From positions 1 to 51,670 of the forward strand of contig NIVC01001964.1 in NCBI GenBank assembly GCA_002269645.1: a DNA stretch of 51,670 bases. The letters are read 5' to 3'. Under the pieces are notes generated by a model. The model was not told the origin of the DNA and made no database searches. It worked only from the letters and a program-made list of their open reading frames with translations. A program made the translations under genes and the position numbers. Below, piece after piece: positions 1-12,817 of the stretch. How positions within the stretch are numbered: position 1 is the first letter of the stretch; each line of letters opens with the position of its first letter. The DNA comes from Macrostomum lignano (taxonomy: Eukaryota).

Positions 1-1513
1 GAGGAGGCGACAGCGGAGGTCACAGCCGCTGCATGCTTCGTAAAAGTGCAAAAATGGTCTATGTGCGTGCCCAGAAGATTAAATTAGCCCAATAAAAGAG
101 TTCTCTTGGCGTAGGAGGAGTTTAAATATATCGAAGACGGAGCAATCTGACTAAATGGGGTTTTACCATAGATAAACCAGCCAAACGAGTCTAGTAAAGA
201 ACATAGCATTTTGCAGCCTATGTATTCCCCGTTTGCGCCGCCAACGCAGTCTATGTCTTAAAGAACTTCATTAATTTTACCCGGGCAATAAATGATATAT
301 TTCCCGCTCGCCTGGGCGTATAAACGGCAATTTTACGATAGACACTTTTAACAGGCAAGTGAGGAATACGTACCATAACTCCCATTTCAGTCGGCTTCGC
401 CTCGGCCAATGGTACGCGCACGAGTGTCTATGGCCATTATTTCAGTCCTTACCTACTACGCAACGTCATTGTCTATAAGACACATTGAAGCCATTATTTC
501 AGCATAGCGTAGTCTGGCGGCCATTATCTAGAACTCAACTCAAGGACATTATCCAGAAGTGACGCTAGAACCACAGGATATATAGTGAAATCAAAATTGT
601 GATAGTTTTAACCGTAGATAAAATATTATCTAAAAGCACTGACTTCGGGGCACAGACCACCGAAGCAGGGACGTATCTTCCACACTATGGATCATTTCAA
701 ATGTACCGTTTGCCGGTACAAGAGGTACGTCGGCGTGCGTCCTGCTACCTGCACAAAGCCTAACCATTTTCTCAGCTGGTATCGCAACGAGGACGCCGTT
801 AAGAAAGGCAAGTGGTACCAGAATCACTGCCTTGGGCGATATACGGTCGATTCCGTCGTACGGTCTACCCAAGGCTGCTTCTCTGGCCGCTACACAAACC
901 AGACGATGCGGAAGACTTGCAGTCCTGCAAAGGCAAAACTGTCCATTGTCCCCCAAGACTGCTGGCGTTTAAGCAAGACTGCCAGGTGATGCGTTATACA
1001 AGTCTATCATTCAGAACGGAAGTGGAGTGAAAAGTGTGGAAGTGGAGAGTGGGAAGGTGACCATCATTTTAAGTAACACTGTATAGGACTGCGCAAAATG
1101 TGTGTGCGTATTGACTACTCGGCATATCTGCTCAATTGTTTGAACTATGTGATTGTCTGCTACATGCACTATTCCTTTTCACTGTAATCCCCCATTTGCT
1201 AAATCACCTGCTAACTGATGTTTGTTCTGAGAATATATTTAATGGTCCTCAAATCGAGGACAAATATACGTTTAATGGTCCTCGTTTTCAGGACCATTAA
1301 AAATATTTTAACCAATATTAACAGTATACCAAGTCACTTTTCCGCCCGTCGAACTACCAAGAGGGGAAAAACCCCCCCTTGACAATTTCTTTGCTGCGCC
1401 GGAACGGAGCAACGCAGGCACACGAAATTCAAGTACACGGGCTAACTTATTGTTGCGCACCTTCTCGAACAAGAATAAAGTCGCCAGCCCTCCAGACCGT
1501 CGAGATATTCAGC

Positions 1514-2391
1514 GATTCTGCTAGAAGGTCGGATTTTTCCCATAAGCGCTAGTGTAATCAGTACACCCCTGTGCGACAATCAGCACTTCGCCTCAGTGCA
1601 GCCTTGTCAAGTCTCCAAATTTCATCAGCACGTCGACCGCATGTGTCTGCATCAGCTCTGACTTCTTTGGTCACTGGCCTTCACCGAGACGGAGCTTCTA
1701 GACCTTCAACAGGTGGCACTAGGTGACTATGAACACCCTGATACGAATTTCTCGAGTTTCGCCGATCAAGCCTCGACAGTGGGCAAGCCTCAACTTCTGG
1801 ACAGCAGTTGAGGTTTGCCCATTATTGAAGCTTGATAAGAAAAACCTGATATAGTTGCAAAAAATGTCCATAGTCACCTGATGCCACCTGGTGATGGTCC
1901 CGACGGCGTCCGGGTGATGAATAAATGCTCGTGAGACTAGCTGAGGGTGTCCAGAAGTTGAGGCTTGCCCAATGTCAAGGCTTGATCGGCGAAACTCGAG
2001 AAATTCGCATCAGGGTGTTTATAGTCGCCTGGTGTCATCTGTTGAAGGTGCCGACGGCGTCCGGGTAAAGACTAAATGCTCGAGAGACCAGCTGAGGATA
2101 CCTAGCAGTTGAGGCTTGCCCACTGTCGAGGTTCGATCAGCGAAACTCGAGAAATTCGTATCAGGGTGTTCATAGTCACCTGGGGCCACCTGTTGAAGGT
2201 CTAGAAGCTCCGTCTCGGTGAAGGCCAGTGACCAACGAAGTCAGGGCTGATGCAGACACATGCGGTCGACGTGCTGATGAAATTTGGAGACTTGGCAAGG
2301 CTGCACTGAGGTGCAGTACTGATGCACAATGCACAGGGGTGTACTGAATACACTAGCGCTTATGGGAAAAATCCGACCTTCTAGCAGAATC
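1514..2391. repeat. Long inverted repeat (foldback/palindromic element) with ~290-bp arms and internal ~150-bp tandem subunits
   Basis: Left arm begins GATTCTGCTAGAAGGTCGGATTTTTCCCATAAGCGCTAGTGTA (1514). Right arm ends TACACTAGCGCTTATGGGAAAAATCCGACCTTCTAGCAGAATC (2391), its reverse complement. Direct subrepeats start at 1897 and 2048. No TSD found. Confidence 0.85.
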
Positions 2392-3931
2392 TGGCAGATC
2401 GTGGCTTATAACAGTGACTCATGCGAGTTATGTGATGCAATGCATGATCCCGACACGTGTGCATTGCCTAAGTGCTCAAAAAGGCTCCATTTCATGCATT
2501 TTGCTGGTGCTGCCAGCAGATGTAGATCGAGTTTTTGCTTTGATGTTTCCGACGGCGCTACTAGAATATACCTCGTAGAATGTAAGATGAAGCTGAGCAT
2601 CTTTCTTGGATGGAAACTGCAGAACTGAAGCGCTTGGCGGCATCCCGAGCCTCTAATAAACTGCATTCATACTTTTATTTCTTTGTCAATGAAGGCGGCT
2701 GGCAGATGCGTACGCAAGCGACTCGGCACAAGTTGAGTCGTTTGTTATTGATGAAGTAGATAGCAGGTAGTCAGCTGCTGAGGCGAGAAAGCTGGATAGG
2801 AATGCGTGAAAAATACTTGTAAAGAAGCAACAGTTTGATGGAGAGCTTGCGAGAGGCTGCATGCTGATGGAGAAGCGATATAGAAAAAAATGCGAGACGG
2901 AACGGGACGGAAGCGCAAGCAGGCGCGATGAATACAATAAATTCCGGCTCTCGTGTTTCTCGTTCTACAGAAAAGCTTCGTCGCTTAGTCTGTCTGGCTG
3001 TCTGTCTGCACAGCGTCTGTCAATGAGGCCAGGCTTGTTGCAAAAAATATTTCGCTACGAAGAAAAAGTGAGAGCTGCAGTAGAGAGAACAGTTTTATTC
3101 AACGGGGGGCACAGCAGTTTGAGGAATTATTGGGTCGTTGCTAGAAAAATGGAAGCGCTGCATGGCTCAGGAGGATGCTGAGAAGCCGCCCCCCATGGCG
3201 CCCCGCTGTCGGCGCAGCCCCCCTCCCCAGCGCCTCCGCTCTCGTGAGAGCTGAAAAAAAGAATTTTGGGAAGAGCCGGCAGAAGTGCGTGCTCTGGAGT
3301 GCTGCCTACCGCCGGCCCTGAATTATTCAGTCGGCTCGTTTAAAACAAAAAGTTTCCCGCCCGGATGCGTCCCGCCCAGCTCAGCATCCGGGCATCGCCA
3401 TCCACTCAACGCCAGGCTTAAGAGGCTGGGCGCGAAGGGAGCCCGGGGCTTTCCGGAGGGGGGGGGCAGACAAAAGCGGTGTCTAGAAAGCGCGCACTAC
3501 TCCCCCGTATAGGTTATGTGGAATGCGAGGCGGGCCTCTGCTACTGGAGGCTCCTGGCACCGAGCTGGGTGAACTTCGGGACAAAAGATCATATCGTTGA
3601 GGGACGGAGAGTGGGGGATCACGTCTGGGCTGTATTGTTCGAGCTATCAGATATTGCTTTTTTATGCTGGGCTGATTCAATTATAGCCTTGTTGTCCACT
3701 CGGGTGGCACTAGGAGTACATTTATTATTCTGCTACACAAGTTTAAGAATTGTTTCCATCGCAATCAATCGAAGCAATAAAGGACTAGAGTTAATATACC
3801 AACCGAAGACAACAGGCCATGTGATAACGTGAACATTGGTCTCATTTTCTTATGGCGGTGTGAACGAGCCTTTTTTGTGACTTACAATTCTTAGGTAGGG
3901 TCACACAGTCAAACTTATCGCCAATAAGTCA

Positions 3932-5529
3932 CACTCCTTCAGCAGAGAGTCACTAGTCGCTAGATGAGTAGCACTCCTTCAGCAGAGAGTCACTAGTCGC
4001 TAGATGAGTAGCACTCCTTCAGCAGAGAGTCACTAGTCGCTAGATGAGTAGCACTCCTTCAGCAGAGAGTCACTAGTCGCTAGATGAGTAGCACTCCTTC
4101 AGCAGACAGAGTCACTAGTCGCTAGATGAGTAGCACTCCTTCAGCAGACAGAGTCACTAGTCGCTAGATGAGTAGCACTCCTTCAGCAGACAGAGTCACT
4201 AGTCGCTAGATGAGTAGCACTCCTTCAGCAGAGAGTCACTAGTCGCTAGATGAGTAGCACTCCTTCAGCAGAGAGTCACTAGTCGCTAGATGAGTAGCAC
4301 TCCTTCAGCAGACAGAGTCACTAGTCGCTAGATGAGTAGCACTCCTTCAGCAGACAGAGTCACTAGTCGCTAGATGAGTAGCACTCCTTCAGCAGACAGT
4401 CACTAGTCGCTAGATGAGTAGCACTCCTTCAGCAGAGACAGTCACTAGTCGCTAGATGAGTAGCACTCCTTCAGCAGACAGAGTCACTAGTCGCTAGATG
4501 AGTAGCACTCCTTCAGCAGACAGAGTCACTAGTCGCTAGATGAGTAGCACTCCTTCAGCAGACAGAGTCACTAGTCGCTAGATGAGTAGCACTCCTTCAG
4601 CAGAGAGTCACTAGTCGCTAGATGAGTAGCACTCCTTCAGCAGACAGAGTCACTAGTCGCTAGATGAGTAGCACTCCTTCAGCAGAGAGTCACTAGTCGC
4701 TAGATGAGTAGCACTCCTTCAGCAGAGAGTCACTAGTCGCTAGATGAGTAGCACTCCTTCAGCAGAGAGTCACTAGTCGCTAGATGAGTAGCACTCCTTC
4801 AGCAGAGAGTCACTAGTCGCTAGATGAGTAGCACTCCTTCAGCAGACAGAGTCACTAGTCGCTAGATGAGTAGCACTCCTTCAGCAGACAGAGTCACTAG
4901 TCGCTAGATGAGTAGCACTCCTTCAGCAGACAGAGTCACTAGTCGCTAGATGAGTAGCACTCCTTCAGCAGAGAGTCACTAGTCGCTAGATGAGTAGCAC
5001 TCCTTCAGCAGACAGAGTCACTAGTCGCTAGATGAGTAGCACTCCTTCAGCAGACAGAGTCACTAGTCGCTAGATGAGTAGCACTCCTTCAGCAGACAGA
5101 GTCACTAGTCGCTAGATGAGTAGCACTCCTTCAGCAGACAGAGTCACTAGTCGCTAGATGAGTAGCACTCCTTCAGCAGACAGAGTCACTAGTCGCTAGA
5201 TGAGTAGCACTCCTTCAGCAGACAGAGTCACTAGTCGCTAGATGAGTAGCACTCCTTCAGCAGACAGAGTCACTAGTCGCTAGATGAGTAGCACTCCTTC
5301 AGCAGACAGAGTCACTAGTCGCTAGATGAGTAGCACTCCTTCAGCAGACAGAGTCACTAGTCGCTAGATGAGTAGCACTCCTTCAGCAGACAGAGTCACT
5401 AGTCGCTAGATGAGTAGCACTCCTTCAGCAGACAGAGTCACTAGTCGCTAGATGAGTAGCACTCCTTCAGCAGACAGAGTCACTAGTCGCTAGATGAGTA
5501 GCACTCCAGCAGACAGAGTCACTAGTCGC
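3932..5529. repeat. Minisatellite, 40/42-bp unit (CACTAGTCGCTAGATGAGTAGCACTCCTTCAGCAGA[CA]GAGT), ~39 copies
   Basis: Direct reading of near-perfect tandem copies with two length variants. Confidence 0.97.
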
Positions 5530-7070
5530 CAAATCAGTTGCACTACTAAACTAGAGTTATTACAACTTTAATAGTTCAAATCAAAAAAGGCCGAATTTTG
5601 TGAGATCACAGGGCTTGTACGTCAAATTTCTTTTCGCTTTTTTATTCTATCGTGTGAGTTGATGGCTCTTCCTTAGCAGGGTGAATCAGCCTTAACTCAA
5701 TCGTTAAACTCCAAAATACACAGGCATTACACTCGTGTTGCCTGTTCTGAGTATCTGCAATGTATTTGCTATTCTATCAACTCTAAAACTTGGTAAAAAC
5801 ATTTCTCCAGCTGTTAATGCTAGATCAGGCATTGAATTGAGATGGCGCCGCATTGTCCCGACAAATTCTCATTAGCGCAGCTTTGACGCCTAGCGAGATG
5901 GGTTTGGGGGGGGGGTAATCTATTGATCAAGGTTGTTGACGGGTTCCGCATGGAAAGCCTGTTGCCCAAGCCTAGTCATCCTTGGGATACAGGTAAGCGC
6001 GTCCGCGACCGATGTCAAGGCACAATGGACAGATTGATTGAAAGACTTGAGTAGAGTTTTGTGTAGCTGTAGGGGAGAGGGGGGACAGACAGACAATTTT
6101 GAGGAAATTCAGTCGGCCTGAACTGGCGTTTTGGGAAGGGGGGCAGAGTCGGCTTGAGTTTGGACGATCGGCGGAGTCCCTGAGCTGAGCCGGCCGACTA
6201 CTGGGATGGCTAGGATTTCTCGTCATTGTTTTCAACCCTACAGGACACGCCGCGTCCCAAATGCTGCGTGGGAGCCCCATCCCCCCTACTGTTCCGCGCT
6301 ATTGGGAGGCGAGTGGAAGCAGCAGAGGCATAGGCTGTAGCTGGGGTGACCAAGGGTAGCAGATGAATAAGCTCACGGAATTAAAAAATACGGCGGGCCT
6401 ACCATCAGCCAGTCTCGCTCTGCCCCTATTTACGGGGCGACTAAGCGAATAGAATAGACACAAGGGGGAGTGGGGAGAGAATCAAGCGACAGAGACAAAG
6501 TATATAGATAAGCAAATATCCCCCGGGTGGGTTCCAAGCAGGCACCGCTAAATTGCAGAAAGCTTTTCGGATTGGAAAGTTTTAAGCTCAATCAAATCAA
6601 GAACGCTGCTGCAGAGTGCGTTGGTAAGTCCCAGCTGTTTCCTTCTGAGACCGACTGTTGAACTCTGGTATTTTATGGGGTCGTCTGTGCTTTGGTGCTC
6701 TAGCTGAAAGGCACGTGGTATTTTCAATGAGGTCTCTACCAGAGTACCGGTGAAGTACGTCGCTTAGCAAAAATGGGATGGCAATTTTCGATCGTCGCCG
6801 CTTTCCTGTAGAGAATTGGCTCCTGGACCTGGGCGCAAATCGAAGTGCTTCACACTCTTGAACTCGCTAGGTGACCTTCAAGGGTATCGGAGCTTTAAAG
6901 CTGCATGAGCTGGCCCCAAGTATCGGGGATGAAAATACTAGTTGATTGAAAAGCATCTTCACATTCTTCTGAAACATAGTATAAGCATACGAGCTATATA
7001 AATGAGTAAATATGTCGTTTGTCTTGCAGCTATATGCTTATCAAAAGCCTACATAGCCTAGATATCACAT

Positions 7071-7366
7071 TAAGTCACACTCCTTCAGCAGAGAGTCATA
7101 CACTGTCACCAACAAGTAAAAATCCTTCAGGAGAGAGAGAGAGAGTCACACTTGTCGCCAACAAGTAGCACTCCTTTAGAAGAGAGAGTCACACACTGTC
7201 ACCAACAAGTAAAAATCCTTCAGGAGAGAGAGAGTCACACTTGTCGCCAACAAGTAGCACTCCTTTAGAAGAGAGAGTCACACTTGTCGCCAACAAGTAG
7301 CACTCCTTCAGAAGAGAGACACTTGTCGCCAGATCATTTGGACTGCTAAACCAGAGTTATTACAAC
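7071..7366. repeat. Diverged paralogue of the 3932-5529 minisatellite locus (~6 units plus shared flank)
   Basis: Same start TAAGTCACACTCCTTCAGCAGAGAGTCA, a homologous unit (CACTTGTCGCCAACAAGTAGCACTCCTT...), and a shared 3' flank ...TAAAC[T/C]AGAGTTATTACAAC. Confidence 0.8.
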
Positions 7367-7527
7367 ACTCTAATAGCTCGCTGACACCGCAATCAAATAA
7401 GACCAACATTCGTGTGCATTTACTCCTAAATTTGTAGAGAAGAAAAGCAATCAATAGAAACGAAACGGACTGTTAGTTGCTGAGCATCTGACTCTTAAGC
7501 TGTAATAAGCTCGGATTTGGTTGCAAA

Positions 7528-9135
7528 ATGAACGGCAAGACAGCGTCTGGAAGCGGCGCACTTGGCGGAGGCGCCGCCGGTTCAACTCATCATCCGCGAG
7601 TGCAGCCCAGCGTGGCAGCTTTCTACGACTGGTCGAGTAACATTAATGGCTGCGTGCAGGTGCGCCAGTACCACCAGCACCACGACCAGCAGCAGCTGTA
7701 CTATCAACAGGTTTGTTTTGAAAGAAATTCAAAGGAATCTCCGGTATGTTTTAATTACTCCTCTCGATTGGTAAGAGCAGAGCACTCTCCCGCACTCACT
7801 TGCTTCCAGGCTTATCAACGACAACAGAACGAATACCTGCAGCAGCAGCAAGAGGCGGCCTCGTCGGCGGGAGCGACGGCGACTGCGAATGGCGGCTCTG
7901 CCCAGGTTTTCCCGGTGCGCCGGCCGAGCAAGGCAACGCTGTCCAAGATGAGGCAGTACTACAACCCAGGCGTCCGACTGCTGCAGGCTGGCCGGCCGGC
8001 CGACCGGGCTTGGAAAGAGGCCGAACAGCTGACCAAAGGCGAACGGCACCTCGCGCTAGCGAGGGGCGCCGCGGCGGCTCGGGCTGGCGCTGTTGGAAGC
8101 GGCAGCGGCGGCGCCGGCTTGACATCGCAGGTGTTTTCCTGGGAAGAAGAGTCCGCGTCATCTGGTGATGCGCAATATCAACTCATGTCTGCCAGCTCTT
8201 TCAAGGTGAGTTAGTGCTCAAGAAAGCCCTAAAAAGTTTTCATCATCCTCAGTCTAAAGTTGATAGCCGAGCGTAACTTTAAATTTTGAGTCTTAAATCT
8301 TGCTTTTGTTAAATAAGGCATTACTTTGCCCTTTGTAACAGCTACAAGCATAAATGCTGGTTTAAGGAATTGCACCTATACGAGCTAGCAGCTACAATTG
8401 TATTATAAAATCACGGAAGAACTGCTGAAATGAATGACAAAATGCATGCTGCGGGAAGTTCCTTACTTGTAGACTAAAGCTTCTTTCACCCCGCCATCAA
8501 TTAAGCTATAGAATCACACCTCTGTTGTACTTCTGTGACGTAAACAAGTGAGCAAGCTGTGTGATCATGCAAAACTTGGCCTCACTTGATGGCTCTGTGA
8601 TGTCTTGCAATACAGAAACACCAAGGTCAAATCTTTTCAAAAAGCCTATTGACTATTGACAAGAATTCTACTCGTATTTACTGAAACTCGAAAATGGAAC
8701 TCAAGTCTTCAACCAAACTAACATCGTTACCAGACAATGCCTCAAACCATGACTCGACAGAACAGCGTCGGCGACTGCCAGTGCAGCTACGACCCGCGCC
8801 TCTACCCAGTGTACACATCCCGCAGCCAGGGCCCGATGTGCGTCGTCTGCAAGCGTCGTCGACGAATTCGTCAGCGCGATGAGTCGAACGGCGTGCGCAA
8901 TACCGTTGATGAGGAAGACGAGGGCGCGACGATGGCGCCGCCAAGCACGCCGAAGCCTGTTGAGGCGCGAGCAAAAGTGGCTGCTGTCTGGGATGGGGAT
9001 CGGCGAGCCACCACGTTGGACATCTTCCTGCCTAACGCAGAACGGGAGCCGGCTTCTCCCCTGCCGAGGCCGTCAACCGACTCAGCGCGGAGTCAGCGCA
9101 CGCTGAGCAGCCCGGAGCCTCCCTCTCTTTCATGA
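7528..9135 (+). CDS. Uncharacterised 3-exon protein (~326 aa), low-complexity Q/A/G/S-rich, with a CxC-x(19)-CxxC motif
   Basis: Exons 7528-7710, 7810-8205, 8734-9135. Introns are GT..AG and phase 0 (GTTTGT..TTCCAG; GTGAGT..CTAAC..ACCAG). Exons are GC-rich against AT-rich introns. No family recognised with confidence. Confidence 0.65.
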
Positions 9136-10412
9136 CGAGCAGTTGCTGCCCAGACGCGCCGATATCTAAGTGTCCCAATTAATATTCATACAGAAGTTTT
9201 TTGCGCGTAGCCTAATCTCTGAAGCCCGTGTGCCGTAGCTACGCTCGTATATATATTCGTATTCCTAATACTCGTTAAAACATTGTCTGGTGTCTTTCCT
9301 ATCACGGAGCCTCAATGTTCAATTTTTAATAAGCACGAGTTTGTTAGTGCTTTATCATTGATTCGAAAAGTGACACTTTCGACAAAAAATCCCAGAAATC
9401 ACATTATAAAATAATGGCAGACCCATCTGCGAATTTTCCTGCGATTTTGGACTTACAGTTGTGAGGCTATTTTTCGCGTGAGCATGCGGTTTGACGATCA
9501 TTCTTTGTCGTCTCTCAGTCGAGTATAGTATGAAAGACCTTTGTATCCATGAAGTTCCACTGCTGATGATTCCACTGCTGGTTATTTTCTACTGCTGATG
9601 ATAGACCAGCCTCGTAAAAAATTCCTAGTTTCCCGTCCCGGTGTTTGAGTAGTCCCTGTATGGCTATAAAATTGGCATGTACAAAAGCGATGACCACATT
9701 ACTTGCCTTTGATCTAAAAACTCCCCTATTTGCCGATTTAGAATTTTGAAGATAGAAACGATATTAGAAGGCTAATATTGTAAACTAATTTGATCGAATT
9801 ATAACTATAAAAGCAAATAAATTGTTCAAACTTGATTAAGCTATATATTGAATGTGTGTTCTTTGTTATTGCTTTACTTACGTGCGATATTATATCATGA
9901 TTTTAGATTTTGCTTGGCCATCAATTTTGTTTGACAGACATTCGCTGACAGACACTATATTGCTAGGTTAAAAAGAAAAACTCTAAAAGCAGGAGGTCTG
10001 AAAATGCATATGTTGAACAACTGTTTATTTTGAAAACAAATTAACAATTTATTCAAAGCATAACTAAAGCGAGAAAGCAATAAACAGAACAAAAACTTTT
10101 AAAACCAAACATGCATAAAGCACAATTGCGCTGCTTGGCTAAATCGATTCGGAAAATTACTAAGAGGTTGTTTATCGCATTATTATGTAGAAGAAAAAAA
10201 CATCATGTATACTAGAGGCGTTGGAACGTGGGGGACAGTGGGGCGTTGGAATGGGGGGCAGTATTGGTATCTGGCCCCTCCACATTTTAAATGTAAAATG
10301 TAGACTTTTTGCTTATTTTTGGTTTCTGCTGCTTTGCATGAATGCATTTTGCTGCAGGGCAACAAAACATAGCGCCTGCGGCACCAAAATGAGTGCCTGC
10401 GGCGCTTAAATG

Positions 10413-11739
10413 GGGATAGCGACGTTTGCCTGCGGGACGTTTGCCTGCGGAACGTTTGCCAGCTGACGTTTGCCTGCGGGACGTTTGCCAGCTGACGTTT
10501 GCCTGCGGGACGTTTGCCAGCTGACGTTTGCCTGCGGGACGTTTGCCAGCTGACGTTTGCCAGCTGACGTTTGCCTGCGGGACGTTTGCCAGCAGACGTT
10601 TGCCTGCGGGACGTTTGCCAGCTGACGTTTGCCAGCTGACGTTTGCCTGCGGGACGTTTGCCAGCTGACGTTTGCCTGCGGGACGTTTGCCTGCAGGACG
10701 TTTGCCAGCTGACGTTTGCCTGCAAGACTTTTGCCAGCCGACGTTTGCCAGCCGACGTTTGCCAGCCGACGTTTGCCAGCCGACGTTTGCCAGCCAACAT
10801 TAAGTCAGTGAGTAAAAAAATTGATACTGAAATATTCGCAGCTTAGCGGTTTGAAAGAACCCGGTTTTTTAGTTCAACTTTTTGACGGTTATTCGCATGT
10901 ATAGAAGTTCGAAAACAAAATCTTTACAAATTATGCAGTTCTTATCTAATATCTATAGTTTGACAACAATTTTTTGAATGTGAAAATATTATAAAGTTTA
11001 CTTCTGACAGTTTTGTATCGCTTTTCCCAGTTTGAGATGTTAGATTTTTGACTTGCGAATGAAGACACGCAAATTTAAACGGGAATCTCCAGCGAGACAA
11101 GTTCTAAGCAAATAAAAGAACTGCTGAACGATAATTCTGGCTTATATATTTCCCAGTTTATTGGGAGATCCAAAAGTATGCGAATTAATTCCAATGCAGC
11201 TTGTCAAGTGCACGCTGTCATGGCCGAGCTCCGTTAAGCAGAGTTACCATTACCATTTACCATTATGGATGTCTCAGTCTTTTCCCATTTAGCTTGTAAA
11301 CACTCAGCTTGTTTGGCCACTAAGATGGAAAGGGCCATTCCATGGCATACATGTACATAGACATCAACTGTGACGATGGAAACTCCTATTTTGTATTTTT
11401 ATCTTTCTATTTAGGCAGACAAGAGCAATAATAACTTCAATATGCCTGAACAGTAGTTTGTTAGTAACCTGCTGTATGTTTAAAAGCAGTAGTAGGGAGC
11501 CAGATGGAATCAGATTAGTGCTATGTCCACAGTTTTCAAATGCAAGTACATGTAGGCATAGAGAGGGCATACTTCTTTAACCAATTGCCACCTGCAAATG
11601 TCCGGCTGGCAAACGTCCCGCTGGCCAACGTCGGCTGGCAAAAGTCGCTGGCAAACGTCGGCTGGCAAACGTCGGCTGGCAAACGTCCCGCTGGCAAACG
11701 TCGGCTGGCAAACGTCCGGCAGACAAATGTCGTAGACCC
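10413..11739. mobile_element. Non-autonomous Foldback/MULE-like DNA element (1327 bp) with tandemly repeated subterminal inverted repeats
   Basis: Left end GGGATAGCGACGTTTGCCTGCGGGACGTTTGCC; reverse complement of right end GGGTCTACGACATTTGTCTGCCGGACGTTTGCC. GACGTTTGCC arrays at 10421-10797 and inverted at ~11595-11720. 9-bp TSD GCTTAAATG (10404-10412) / GCTAAAATG (11740-11748), 8/9 match. Confidence 0.75.
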
Positions 11740-11941
11740 GCTAAAATGAGTGCCTGCGGAGCTAAAATGAGTGCCTGCGGCGCAAATATGAGTGCCTGAG
11801 AGGCGCAAAAATGAGTGCCTGAGAGGCGCAAAAATGAGTGCCTGAGAGGCGCAAAAATGAGTGCCTGCGGCGCAAAAATGAGTGCCTGAGAGGCGCTAAA
11901 ATGAGTGCCTGAGAGGCGCTAAAATGAGTGCCTGCGGCGCT
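11740..11941. repeat. 20-21-bp minisatellite (AAAATGAGTGCCTG[CG/AGA]GGCGC); its left part is at 10372-10412, split off by the foldback insertion
   Basis: The same unit occurs on both sides of the 10413-11739 element. Confidence 0.85.
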
Positions 11942-12817
11942 TTATAAAACGAGTGCTGGCAAGACGGATTCTGACAATAATCGGTACATTATAATGTGCA
12001 TTTTCCATGTAAAAAAATCTAGCTCGACGGAGGCGTGCGCCCTGTGCGCCCCCCCTCCCTAAATCCGCCACTGAACCTGCCCCCCATTTTTTGAAATTTT
12101 CCTAAGCCTATGGAAAGAAATTATTAACAGATGTACGAAAATTCTGCTATTGAAATGGTAAAGTGACTAATTTAAGCCCTCGAAACTTTTGGCTCATTAG
12201 CTCATTCCGCTCACTCGCACAAAATGAATCTGTTACAGGAGCTAGACACGTTGACCAGGTATAAAATCGGTGAAATTATATAAATTAGATTATAGTATTT
12301 ACGCTTTCCGCTCCTGTAGCCTGGAAAAGTGTGGCTAAAGATGCAGGGAATTCATCTAATGGGAAACAGATTGCAGAATGGATGTTCGCAAAGCCGGCTC
12401 TGGTCATAGGTCAGCCGCCCGAGCCTTAGGAATATTTTAGGTAGCGTTCGAGCCTGAGGAAAAGGTTCTGTACGGACCCCTGCCCTTAATGAGCAGGCAC
12501 ACCGCATCATTCCCACGCTGCTTTAGCGGGTCCTGGTGATCAGGAATTGTTTGAGCTATCTGGTGTAGCCGGGAAGTCGAAAATGGGACTATGCAGCCAT
12601 GCAGAGGACTTTCCAGGCAGTGGATCTTCAGGCTGTGAATGAAGAAGATACGCCCGTACTAGCGCATTAGACTACAAAGATTGCTATGAGGGAACGTGAG
12701 CTCTATTGTTCCCAGATGATCAGTGCCAGTACAGGGATGCGACGCTCGTACAGCTTCGTCTGGTTGATTATCATGCAGCTAAGAATTGAAAAGCAACCTG
12801 CAATAGTGGCACAAGAT

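Noticed and set aside
630-1030. Overlapping short ORFs (108, 100 and 72 aa)
   Set aside because: No recognisable domain, codon bias or splice structure.
3932-5529. Regular 40-42-bp arrays (here and elsewhere) as CRISPR arrays
   Set aside because: The units abut with no unique spacers, there are no cas genes, and the context is a spliced eukaryotic genome.
9640-9700. Minus-strand CGHRFCTC peptide resembling a RING finger
   Set aside because: Wrong Cys spacing, flanked by stops, and no splice context.
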